Assembly (NCBI GenBank): GCA_049518435.1
Contig: JBEKRU010000021.1
Coordinates: 63-64,062, forward strand
Direction: 5' to 3'
DNA: 64,000 bases
DNA from: Terracidiphilus sp.
GTDB lineage: Bacteria; Acidobacteriota; Terriglobia; Terriglobales; Acidobacteriaceae
The first letter of the stretch is position 1. Every line of letters begins with the position of its first letter. A program made the translations under genes and the position numbers. The notes under the pieces were generated by a model that worked only from the letters and a program-made list of their open reading frames with translations, was not told the DNA's origin and ran no database searches. Shown here piece by piece: positions 29,307 to 38,064 of the stretch.

Positions 29307-30430
29307 ACAAGGGACCTCTACTCGCGGTGATTCTTGCTGGCGCTACCGTGGCGCTCGTTGTGATTGGAACCGTGTGGCCGGTGCCTTCTGCGGCCGCCTA
29401 TGCCGGGGCTGGAACTCTGTTGCACTCGTCATCGACCCCGGAGGAAGCGACCGCGACCCTCGGTGACAACATTCGAACACAATCCTGGGATAAGGCGTAC
29501 GCCAGTTTCGCGAACAAGGCTGAGTTTACTGAGGCAGATTTTGTGCATGACGTGACTGGATATTACCCGAGCCTTCTCACCTACACTACTTTGGACAAGT
29601 TTGAAGTGCGATCCCTACACGCATCCCAGAATGAAGCGGAGATGCAACTCACATTGCATTGGGCGACCGTGGTTGGCAGTTCCGCAACAACGCGCGACTT
29701 GCACCTGGTAAAGAACGGAGATCGCTGGGAACCGGAATGGCCCATCATCAAGCAGCAGGCGGTTCCACCGCAGGTGATTCCAGTCAATTACTTGCGCTGG
29801 GACGTGATTTACCGCGGCCCCGGGGATGACTGGGGCGCTCAGGACGTGGAAGCTCCTCACGTTCGAATTGTGGATATGCACCCCGTCGAACGGGCCGACG
29901 GCGTGGTAATCCTCGGTGAACTTCTCAACGAAGACGTTGTGCCTGCCTATGTGTCCGTCACCGCGACTCTGATTTCAAAGAATCAATCGACCATCGGGAC
30001 CGAAGGCAGCTTTGACAAGATCTCTCACCTGTTGCTGCCCAAGCAGGTCACGCCGTTTCTCATCAAGTTTCCTAATGCGTCGTTGTCTGACATTGGAAGC
30101 ATCCGCATGACTCCTCTGTCTGCTCTCATCGCCGCCTCGGCAGACCCAGTAATTGAGATCGGCGACGAACAGTTGCATCCGAATCCAGGAGCCTCGTTGA
30201 CGGGGAAGCTCATAAATCAAAGTGGCCAGGTCGTCAACGTGGCGCATGTCCTTGGAACGTTTTACGACAAGAGTGGCAAGGTGGTTTGGGTTGCCGATCA
30301 GTATGTCGATCAGGCCCTCCCGCCCGAGACACCTGTTCCCTTCGAAATTCATATCCCCGAGGATCTCGCAAGAGACATCAGCACCCAGCGCACAGTGGTT
30401 GCCACGTACAGTTCCGGAAGCGCGCAGTGA
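29303..30430 (+). CDS. Membrane-anchored periplasmic protein with two FxLYD-like beta-sandwich repeats
   Basis: An N-terminal TM anchor (LLAVILAGATVALVVIGTVW) is followed by two similar modules (..VVILGELLNEDVVPAYVSVTATLI.. and ..LTGKLINQSGQVVNVAHVLGTFYDKSGKVVWV..). Its start and stop both overlap the neighbouring genes. Confidence 0.55.
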   Translation: MNKGPLLAVILAGATVALVVIGTVWPVPSAAAYAGAGTLLHSSSTPEEATATLGDNIRTQSWDKAYASFANKAEFTEADFVHDVTGYYPSLLTYTTLDKFEVRSLHASQNEAEMQLTLHWATVVGSSATTRDLHLVKNGDRWEPEWPIIKQQAVPPQVIPVNYLRWDVIYRGPGDDWGAQDVEAPHVRIVDMHPVERADGVVILGELLNEDVVPAYVSVTATLISKNQSTIGTEGSFDKISHLLLPKQVTPFLIKFPNASLSDIGSIRMTPLSALIAASADPVIEIGDEQLHPNPGASLTGKLINQSGQVVNVAHVLGTFYDKSGKVVWVADQYVDQALPPETPVPFEIHIPEDLARDISTQRTVVATYSSGSAQ

Positions 30431-31296
30431 AGCCAGGTTTTGTCTTACTGGTCAGTGGAATGGCAATCGCCACGATGCAGTCAGCTTGTGCGCAAGCTGG
30501 GAACTTGAGTTTGCCCAAATCCGTTGGAGCTGGAGAAGGGTTTTCAATTAAGAGCGCAGGGAGCGGGAAAGCGACCCTTTACATAATAGGACTGGGACAG
30601 GTGATGAAGCGGGATGTCGAACTGGGACAGACGGTGTACTTTCCCGCCGGATCGCTATACAACGCCGGTCGCTATCTGGCCGTTCTCGCGGGAGACGCGT
30701 CCACGCAGAGTGGGGCATTCGATGTCTTGCCAGCAACCAAACCAGTTAATCTGACCTTTCTCGCAAGACCTTCTCGTCTTCCGGTGAGCTTGCACGATGG
30801 CATAACCGGCGCCGTCTATGTCTTTGACGCTTATCACAATTTGATCACTGCCCCCACCCAGGTTTCCTTTGAATTGACGACGCCATCTGGAACCGTGCAG
30901 AAGCGCATAGTAGCGACACGTGACGGCACTGCCTGGACCGCAATGGATTCCACCGCGCAACAAGGCATGGATAGATTTGAAGCGCGGATCGGTGAGGTTT
31001 TCAGCGCCCGCGTAGTAGCCCAAGTTCCAGGCGATCCGTGCGGTCTGAAGATGAACGCAAGTCAATCGGGGCAAGAGGTTCAGTTGGTAACGGATCCCGT
31101 GCGCGATTGCAACGGCAATGCGGTACCTGACGGAACGGTCGTGACGTTCACCGAGGCCTACAACGGCGCCCAGACAAACGTTGATGTGCCTTTGAAGCGT
31201 GGCATTGCAGAAGTACGGATGGCAAGCCATAATGGTGCAATTATTTCCGCAGCGAGCGGTGTTGTCCTGGGGAACCAGATTCGTTGGGAGAAGTAG
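30427..31296 (+). CDS. Secreted hypothetical protein (Ig-like beta-rich)
   Basis: A GTG start at 30427 overlaps the upstream TGA. Signal peptide VKPGFVLLVSGMAIATMQSACAQA. No family recognised. Confidence 0.5.
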   Translation: MKPGFVLLVSGMAIATMQSACAQAGNLSLPKSVGAGEGFSIKSAGSGKATLYIIGLGQVMKRDVELGQTVYFPAGSLYNAGRYLAVLAGDASTQSGAFDVLPATKPVNLTFLARPSRLPVSLHDGITGAVYVFDAYHNLITAPTQVSFELTTPSGTVQKRIVATRDGTAWTAMDSTAQQGMDRFEARIGEVFSARVVAQVPGDPCGLKMNASQSGQEVQLVTDPVRDCNGNAVPDGTVVTFTEAYNGAQTNVDVPLKRGIAEVRMASHNGAIISAASGVVLGNQIRWEK

Positions 31297-31298
31297 AC

Positions 31299-31796
31299 AT
31301 GCTGAAGTCTCCGCTGATTCTATGGATATTTCTTGCCGCTGCCTCGAGCATTGGATCCGCCGAGGCTGCCGTGCGCGTGGAACCATCGAATTTACAGGGT
31401 CTGCGGCCACTACCAGAACAGACCGGGAAAGCAGCGGTTCGTGATTATCTGCAGGCATGGCAAAGTTTCAGCGCCGCCTTTGAGCAAAATCGCTCAGATC
31501 TTCTCGATCCGGCTTTCGTGGGAACTGCAAGAGACAAGCTCGCGCAAACGATTCAGCAGCAGGCTGCGTTGGGGCTTTGTACGCATTATCAGGATCTATC
31601 GCACGATCTGCAAATCGTCTTCTACTCGCCCGACGGATTGTCAATCGAGTTGATCGATAAGGTCGAATACGACCTTCAACTCCTCGATCACGACAGGGTC
31701 AAAACGACACAGCATATAAATGCGAGATACGTCATAGTACTTACACCTGCAGAAGTGCGCTGGCGGGCGAGAGTCTTCCAGGCCGTGTCCGAATAA
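31299..31796 (+). CDS. Secreted hypothetical protein (NTF2/Tim44-like suspected)
   Basis: The ATG lies 2 nt after the upstream stop. Signal peptide MLKSPLILWIFLAAASSIGSAEA. The size and pattern suggest an NTF2-like fold, but this is not verified. Confidence 0.5.
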   Translation: MLKSPLILWIFLAAASSIGSAEAAVRVEPSNLQGLRPLPEQTGKAAVRDYLQAWQSFSAAFEQNRSDLLDPAFVGTARDKLAQTIQQQAALGLCTHYQDLSHDLQIVFYSPDGLSIELIDKVEYDLQLLDHDRVKTTQHINARYVIVLTPAEVRWRARVFQAVSE

Positions 31797-31907
31797 GTCA
31801 CAAATTCGAACGTGAACGTGCGAGTTCTTGCCCTGAGGATAAGAACTGATCGAGCAGGAGAACGAATGTCCGAATGAATGCAAAACTAGATCCCCAGGAG
31901 CCACAAA

Positions 31908-32903
31908 ATGATATCCGTTGTCGTACCCATTTATAACGAAGAAGAGATCATTGTGCGCTTCCATGAGGCGCTGGTAAGTGCTCTGAACGGTGCTCACATA
32001 AGCTGGGAAGTAATTTATGTAAACGATGGCTCCACAGATGTCTCTCTCGATATGCTCAAGGAGTTGCACGCAATGGATTCGCGTGTAGTGGTTGTTGAAC
32101 TGTCGCGCAATTGGGGCCACATGGGCGCAATCTCGGCCGGCATTCTGTCCGCACGTGGTGACGCTGTCATCCTGATGGATGGCGATTTTCAGGATCCGCC
32201 GGAAGTCCTACCTAAATTGATCGACGCCTGGCGCCAAGGCGCTGAGGTTGTAGTCGCGGTAAGAAGGAGCAGGAAAGAACGGCGCAAAATCCTGGCCAAG
32301 CTCTTTCCCCTTTTCTATCGTGTTTTGGGAGCTCTCTCTGATTATCCAATACCGCTGAACGCTGGTGTCTTCAGCCTCATGGATCGAAAGGCCGTCGACT
32401 CCGTCAATGCGCTGGGAGAGAAGAACCGCTACTTGCCAGGCCTGCGCGCCTGGGTTGGCTTCAGGAACCAGGTGGTTCTTTACGATCGGCAGGATCGACT
32501 GGCCGGCGAGGGCAAGCTCTCGTTCTTGAGCCGAATCAAATACGCAATGGACGCGATCTTGAGTTTCAGTTACAAACCTTTGCGGCTCAGTTTCGCGCTT
32601 TTTGCTTTCGCAAGCCTCGTAGCCGCCATTTTATATGGATTTATGCTTCTCTCGAAGTCTTCCGTGTTGACTATGGGGTTTGGTATTGCGGCTTCAGTGT
32701 TCCTTGTCGGAGGCCTGCTTCTGCTATGCATGGGCGTGCTTGGCGAGTATCTTGGACGTGTCTACGACGAGGTGCGAAGCCGGCCCCTTTCGATCATCAG
32801 CACGGTTCTCCGTTCTCCTGCCGCCATGGAACAGCCCCAACTCGCTGTCATCGCCAAACAATCCAATGGCCAGAAAAGGAAAGACGTCATTGACGCGGCG
32901 TAG
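31908..32903 (+). CDS. GT2 polyprenyl-phosphate glycosyltransferase (GtrB/ArnC/DPM1-like) with C-terminal TM helices
   Basis: MISVVVPIYNEEE..VIYVNDGSTD..VVELSRNWGHMGAISAG..AVILMDGDFQDPPE. Two C-terminal TM helices (LSFALFAFASLVAAILYGF; FGIAASVFLVGGLLLLCMGVLG) fit the family. Confidence 0.85.
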   Translation: MISVVVPIYNEEEIIVRFHEALVSALNGAHISWEVIYVNDGSTDVSLDMLKELHAMDSRVVVVELSRNWGHMGAISAGILSARGDAVILMDGDFQDPPEVLPKLIDAWRQGAEVVVAVRRSRKERRKILAKLFPLFYRVLGALSDYPIPLNAGVFSLMDRKAVDSVNALGEKNRYLPGLRAWVGFRNQVVLYDRQDRLAGEGKLSFLSRIKYAMDAILSFSYKPLRLSFALFAFASLVAAILYGFMLLSKSSVLTMGFGIAASVFLVGGLLLLCMGVLGEYLGRVYDEVRSRPLSIISTVLRSPAAMEQPQLAVIAKQSNGQKRKDVIDAA

Positions 32904-33007
32904 AAATGAGCGACATTCTCCTGTGCGCCGCGGAGAGTGCCACTGGCTATCTTCTTCTCTAACGATGTTCGTCTTCTCCCCCAAATCCTCCAGTAATTAT
33001 GGGGCGT

Positions 33008-33964
33008 CTACTGTGTCGGAGGACAAGATGGAATGCCGTCTTCAATCGCTGTTCCCTCTTCGTGGTCGTTCCATGTCTCGACCATTACAAATGGCAGCAG
33101 ATCGTCAGGCGGAAAATATTTGTGCCACAGACTAGAGGTGTCAGCAAATGTCTGACCGCATCGCGCTGATATATGTCGGTTCAGGCTCCACGAAGCCTTG
33201 CTGTCGTCGAAGCTGGCCCACTCCGCACCGACAATGATCTTGTCCGGATACTTCGAGCGCATCGTTTCATAAAACTCGCTTAGATACTGCTCGCCCCAGT
33301 TGCTGCCGTCCGCCGCCCATCCCTTTTCTCCTGGACTGACCCAGGCATAGAAGCCATCGAATGCGTCTGCATCGGGGCCGGGAAGATTTTCTTCAATCAA
33401 CAACGGAGGAGTACTCCACTTGCTGACGAGCTCACGCACCCTTTTCCAGTCGGTGTGCTTGCCCTTTGGAAAAATGAAGATTAGAGGGCGGCCATCGTAG
33501 GTGAGATAGTTCTGATGTCCGGGCGCATTGGATGCAAGATACGTCTCGTGAAACATCGTAAAGTCCGCAAGAGCCTCGTCGGTTGCTCCGTCTTCCGCAT
33601 CGGTTTCGTCATACATCATCGCAACCTGGAACTTGCTTTCGGCGGCTATCTTCTGCATCAGTGCATAGTTCCGATCGATGAAGGGCTCCCGGTCCCCATA
33701 CCAGTCCACTACAAACGCGGAAATACCCATCGCCTTCGCGTGTTGGATTTGACTCTTTATCTCAGTGGGATCCTGTGAGGAATAGCCAACGGAAATGTGG
33801 TTTGGGTGCCCAAACCAGGCTTCATACAAGGCAATTGTCTCCGGTGAACTCCCTGTCGCTCGATGTTTCAACGGCAGAGCACTTCCCTCTCCGGGGCCGG
33901 AGCAGCCGTGAGGTAGCAAAAGAAAAAATAGGGCAGAAGTGATCGTTCGAGTAAACATAGACAT
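33008..33964 (-). CDS. Lipoprotein glycoside hydrolase (TIM-barrel, GH99/GH71-like; family tentative)
   Basis: Lipobox ..LLLPHGCSG. Also YEAWFGHP..., GISAFVVDWYGD... and a C-terminal VMVETWNDHEEGTAIE that resembles the NEWxEGT motif of GH99-like enzymes. Confidence 0.6.
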   Translation of the reverse strand: MSMFTRTITSALFFLLLPHGCSGPGEGSALPLKHRATGSSPETIALYEAWFGHPNHISVGYSSQDPTEIKSQIQHAKAMGISAFVVDWYGDREPFIDRNYALMQKIAAESKFQVAMMYDETDAEDGATDEALADFTMFHETYLASNAPGHQNYLTYDGRPLIFIFPKGKHTDWKRVRELVSKWSTPPLLIEENLPGPDADAFDGFYAWVSPGEKGWAADGSNWGEQYLSEFYETMRSKYPDKIIVGAEWASFDDSKASWSLNRHISARCGQTFADTSSLWHKYFPPDDLLPFVMVETWNDHEEGTAIEDGIPSCPPTQ

Positions 33965-34124
33965 TGTCTTATCTGTTAGAGGCCAATGGAATGCTTTAGG
34001 TTGTCGCGAATGTACCACCGCACAGCATTACTTTCATATCCAGAGCAGCCTGACTCTGCATGGTCGCATCATACCAATATCGGTGCGAAACAACCTTGGC
34101 TTTCGCCTAGGTGCGAATCCCTAA

Positions 34125-36122
34125 TTGCATTTTGAATCGGCGTTCCGGGTGATGGTGGACGGGTTGACCCCAAAAACGAAAACACTGCAGGCTCGCATCC
34201 TCTCAGGAAGCGTTGTATTGCTCTCGGGATCCGGCCTGACGACCGCGATCAACCTCGGCTACAACATTGTAGTCGCGCGGTTCCTGGGCCCAAACGGCTT
34301 TGGGCAGGCGACGGTCGTCTACACGATTCTCACTCTTATTTCCGCAGTCACACTCTCCTTTCAACTAATCTCCGCAAAGATGGTTGTACAACAGGGCTCT
34401 CCCGAAGGAAAGGCTGCGGTTTACAGGGGATTTCATCGCGGCGCGTGGGGATGCGGGATCTTCGTTGCGGTCATTTTAGTATCGTTTCAAAAGGCGATTG
34501 CGGGTTACCTCAATCTGTCTGCTCCGGCGCTCGTTGCCATCCTGGCAATGGGAGCAGCTTTCTACATTCCCCTCGGATGCCGCCGGGGCTACATTCAAGG
34601 CACCTACGGCTTTCGCCGCCTTGCAACCAACCTCGTAATCGAAGGAACATTCCGGCTCGGCGGATCGATATTGTTGATGATCGCGGGCTTTGGCGTTGCA
34701 GGCGTGATTGCTGCCAATTCTGCAGCAGTCGTGATAGCGTATTTCACTTCCGCACCTGCGCGGACTGCGCGGATTCCAAACCCCCTCCACCTTTCCAATG
34801 TCTTTCGCGAAATCTCCCAAGCTCTGGTCTTTTTCTCCGGCCAGGTACTTATCAACAACTGTGACATTGTTCTAGTGAAGCATTTTTTCCTTGCGAGAGA
34901 GGCGGGGATCTATGCGGCAGTAGCGATGGTTGGCCGAGTGATCTTCGCCTTTTCATCAGCGGTTGTAAACAGCATGTTTCCGCATGTAGCGGGCACTCGG
35001 CCCGAAGACCGAAGAGATCTCAAGGTTATCGCAACCTCGCTGCTGCTGGTCCTGTTTACTGGCGCTTGCTTGGGCCTTTGTCTGCGGATTGCGCCTGCCT
35101 GGATATGGACAACATTCTTTGGATCCGGCTTTGAGATTGCAGGCACCCACAACCTCCCCTATCTTCTCGCACTGTATGCCATCACGACGATAATATTCTC
35201 CCTAAGCGTCGTGATTATCGCGTTCGAGATGTCGTACAAGATAGCCAACACAAGCTGGATACAATTAGCGTTCAGTGGCGTAGTAATCGTGGCCATTTGC
35301 CGCCTTCATTCCTCCTTACGCGAAGTCATCCTTGTGCAACTCGTCTTGATGGCCGCTCTGCTGGTTTGCGTGGCAGTACCATTCCTCGTGGATTTGCGTA
35401 CCACCCCAAGAGAACTACTGCGGCCTGGCGTTGTACCGGCCGCCAGGTTAATTCGGAGCGTGGCTGAAGACGAAGTTATTTCGGAATTCCTGAAGAGCGA
35501 CTTTGACGCTCAGGAGTTTCAGTCGTATCAGGAGAGCTTTCGTAACATTGTTCGCGCGCCGGATTTGGGCAACGCGAATGACAACGCAAAACGGCGAGCT
35601 CTACTGTTCCTCAGGCATCTTGCCCTTTGGAAAGAGTTACCCACCGATACAAAGTGGTATGAAGTGGAAATCAAGGAAGCGGACCTGGCGCAGATACGGG
35701 CATTTCCACGAGCGCATTGGCGAAAGCTCGCGCATGGTAATTTCGCGATGACCGAAGTGACCCAGGGAATGCGAACCCGTCAACACTTGGTCGACGCTCC
35801 ATTTCTGACAAAGATGGCGTCCATAGGCGATCAACTTAATCGCGAGGATCATGGTTTCAATGCCGTGATTCTGATCGGACTTAACGAACGGGAACCTCTC
35901 ACGGTCCTAGACGGAAATCATCGGCTGCTAGCCGCGACACTCGCATCTCCCATTGGCCTCAACAAATTGAAGTTCCTTTGTGGGTTGTCGCCTCGCATGA
36001 CTGAATGCTGTTGGTATAACACCAACTTCATGACTCTTTTTCGATATGCGAGAAGCAAGCTGGCGCGGTCAATTCGCAATCCGGAAGCAGAGCTTGCACG
36101 CACCTTGCAAAGCCCTGGATGA
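34125..36122 (+). CDS. MOP/PST-type polysaccharide flippase-like membrane domain fused to a ~240-aa soluble C-terminal domain (DGNHR motif, ParB/Srx-like suspected)
   Basis: aa 1-430 have about 12-14 TM helices of Wzx/PelG-like character (..LLSGSGLTTAINLGYNIVVARFLGPNGFGQ..). aa 430-665 are hydrophilic and include ..AVILIGLNEREPLTVLDGNHRLLAATLA... The start is uncertain (TTG 34125 or GTG/ATG near 34150). Confidence 0.7.
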   Translation: MHFESAFRVMVDGLTPKTKTLQARILSGSVVLLSGSGLTTAINLGYNIVVARFLGPNGFGQATVVYTILTLISAVTLSFQLISAKMVVQQGSPEGKAAVYRGFHRGAWGCGIFVAVILVSFQKAIAGYLNLSAPALVAILAMGAAFYIPLGCRRGYIQGTYGFRRLATNLVIEGTFRLGGSILLMIAGFGVAGVIAANSAAVVIAYFTSAPARTARIPNPLHLSNVFREISQALVFFSGQVLINNCDIVLVKHFFLAREAGIYAAVAMVGRVIFAFSSAVVNSMFPHVAGTRPEDRRDLKVIATSLLLVLFTGACLGLCLRIAPAWIWTTFFGSGFEIAGTHNLPYLLALYAITTIIFSLSVVIIAFEMSYKIANTSWIQLAFSGVVIVAICRLHSSLREVILVQLVLMAALLVCVAVPFLVDLRTTPRELLRPGVVPAARLIRSVAEDEVISEFLKSDFDAQEFQSYQESFRNIVRAPDLGNANDNAKRRALLFLRHLALWKELPTDTKWYEVEIKEADLAQIRAFPRAHWRKLAHGNFAMTEVTQGMRTRQHLVDAPFLTKMASIGDQLNREDHGFNAVILIGLNEREPLTVLDGNHRLLAATLASPIGLNKLKFLCGLSPRMTECCWYNTNFMTLFRYARSKLARSIRNPEAELARTLQSPG

Positions 36123-36234
36123 TTCGGATGAAGATGCATTCGCCAGGGACGAAAGAATCGCCTTCCTTCAACCGCCACGGGAACTGCTGAATTTAATGCC
36201 TGACAACGGACTCCACGAAAAATGGGACGGGAAT

Positions 36235-36609
36235 ATGACACTTCGAGCAACTCTTGCCGTAGTGAGGTACTTGCCGGAAACAATGACAGCCAGACAGCAA
36301 AAGCTGTTTTTCGCGGAGGTGGAGAGTTGCTTCAATATTGATCGGCCTTGCATCGTGCTTGAGTGCTCAAAAGTGGGAAAGATGGACACGTCTGTGATTC
36401 ACCTTTTGCTTTGTTGCCTGGAAGAAGCCATGAAGCGCAATGGCGACGTAAAGCTTGCAGCACTCCCTCCGGCATCAAGAGCTCTTTTGGAGGTCACGGG
36501 AGTAGACCGGATCCTTGAGGTGTTTGACACGGCTGAGGAAGCGGTTGAAAGCTTCCGTCGGCCCCGGGTCGGAGTTGCTCCCCAACTGAATATGAGCGAT
36601 AGCTTCTAG
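36235..36609 (+). CDS. STAS-domain protein (anti-sigma-factor antagonist, SpoIIAA/RsbV-like)
   Basis: ..RPCIVLECSKVGKMDTSVIHLLLCCLEEAMKRNGDVKLAALPPASRALLEVTGVDRILEVFDTAEEAVESF is a typical STAS C-terminal half. The longer ORF starts at 36046, and ATG 36196 is an alternative start. Confidence 0.75.
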   Translation: MTLRATLAVVRYLPETMTARQQKLFFAEVESCFNIDRPCIVLECSKVGKMDTSVIHLLLCCLEEAMKRNGDVKLAALPPASRALLEVTGVDRILEVFDTAEEAVESFRRPRVGVAPQLNMSDSF

Positions 36610-36691
36610 CGGGAGTCGGAGAATGAAGCGCAATCGCTTCAGGATGGTCATTCTGAGGTTCCCTGCAATTACGAGGAAGGGGAGGAAATCA

Positions 36692-37207
36692 ATGAGAATA
36701 GCAAGTAGTTTGGTAGGAAGGCAGATCGCGAGCAGCCTTGTACTGTTCATGGCGTTGACGTGCATTGGATCAGCCGCGGCGCAGGAGCCGGTAACATTTC
36801 CCAGTCAGCAGCCTCAAATCGGGTCGTCTATCCCGGATCAGTCGAAAGACTCGGATCGCCGCGCTGGAAATCTGGATCTCGATTCCATCCGGTCTGAAGA
36901 AGCCTACCCGGACAACCCAGTCCCTGCGCGCCCCCAAGTTGATGATCAGGGTGGACGGCCTGGGACTTCATCATCCTCCGCCCAACAGGCACAAGATGGC
37001 ACGCCGAAACCGGTTGGCACCGCTGCAGCACCGTACGAGAAGACCACCGGTGTTGCGGCCTCCAGGCCCGTTGGAGCCGCGATCGCGCCGGCAAAGCAAC
37101 GGCGTGCGCGCTTAATCCTGATCCGTGTTGGCGTGATCGTGGGGGGCGCGGTCGCAATCGGAACAGTCGTGGCACTCTCCCACGGGAGCCCAAGTCGACC
37201 GAATTAG
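36692..37207 (+). CDS. Hypothetical Pro/Gly/Ala-rich protein with signal peptide and C-terminal TM anchor
   Basis: MRIASSLVGRQIASSLVLFMALTCIGSAAAQ is followed by a low-complexity stretch and then ..LILIRVGVIVGGAVAIGTVVAL. Confidence 0.45.
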   Translation: MRIASSLVGRQIASSLVLFMALTCIGSAAAQEPVTFPSQQPQIGSSIPDQSKDSDRRAGNLDLDSIRSEEAYPDNPVPARPQVDDQGGRPGTSSSSAQQAQDGTPKPVGTAAAPYEKTTGVAASRPVGAAIAPAKQRRARLILIRVGVIVGGAVAIGTVVALSHGSPSRPN

Positions 37208-37247
37208 GATTTGGCCCAGGACACTAAGAGGATCGAGGGGAACAGCG

Positions 37248-38012
37248 ATGCGAGCACTTCGAAATAGCAGTCGAGCCAAGTTTGTAAGCTTTTCCGGTAT
37301 TGACGGCGCTGGAAAAAGCACGCAGATCGAATCATTGTGCACTCGGCTGAAAGAAGACGGTCATAGAGTGCTGTTGATTAGGTTTTGGGATGATATCGCG
37401 AAGCTGACACAGCTCAGGGAAGGCACAGGGCACCGAATATTTAAAGGGGATAAGGGGATTGGAAGTCCGGCCGCACCGATTAACCGGCGAGACAAGAATG
37501 TCAGATCATGGTTCATGACCGGAGTGCGGTTGTGCCTTTATTTCATCGACGCAATCTCGGTCCGGTTCGTAGTGAAAAAAGCATTGCGCTCTGAAGCTGA
37601 TCTCGTGGTCTTTGATCGATACATTTATGACGAGCTTGCGAACCTGCCATTGCGCAAGCCATTCATTCGCGCATACGTTCGACTGATTATCAAGTTAGTT
37701 CCCACGCCTGATACCAGCTACTTACTGGATGCGGATCCGGTCAAGGCTCGCGCGCGAAAGCCTGAGTACCCGCTCGAGTTTCTCCATTCAAACCGTCAGT
37801 CCTATCTGGATCTATGCAAGCTGATTGGTGGGATAACTGTCATACCTCCGATGTCCATCCAGGAGGTCGAGCGAGCCGTTCTCAAGCACGCTCAACGCGC
37901 GTTATCATTCGGAACTGCACAACAAGCAAGCAACGGCGCCATAGAGTTGAGGGATTACGGCGATGAACTGGCTGAGTTAGAGAGCCAGCGAACACGCCCC
38001 ACTGCTTCCTGA
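37248..38012 (+). CDS. Thymidylate-kinase-like P-loop protein
   Basis: FVSFSGIDGAGKSTQIESLCTRLKEDGHRVLLI (Tmk-type P-loop) and VFDRYIYDELANL (DRY-like motif). It lies within the polysaccharide locus, so it is probably not the housekeeping tmk. Confidence 0.65.
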   Translation: MRALRNSSRAKFVSFSGIDGAGKSTQIESLCTRLKEDGHRVLLIRFWDDIAKLTQLREGTGHRIFKGDKGIGSPAAPINRRDKNVRSWFMTGVRLCLYFIDAISVRFVVKKALRSEADLVVFDRYIYDELANLPLRKPFIRAYVRLIIKLVPTPDTSYLLDADPVKARARKPEYPLEFLHSNRQSYLDLCKLIGGITVIPPMSIQEVERAVLKHAQRALSFGTAQQASNGAIELRDYGDELAELESQRTRPTAS

Positions 38013-38064
38013 CGCCACGCAACTCCAGCCGGTTCCAGTGAAAGCGCGTTGCACATGTCATTCC

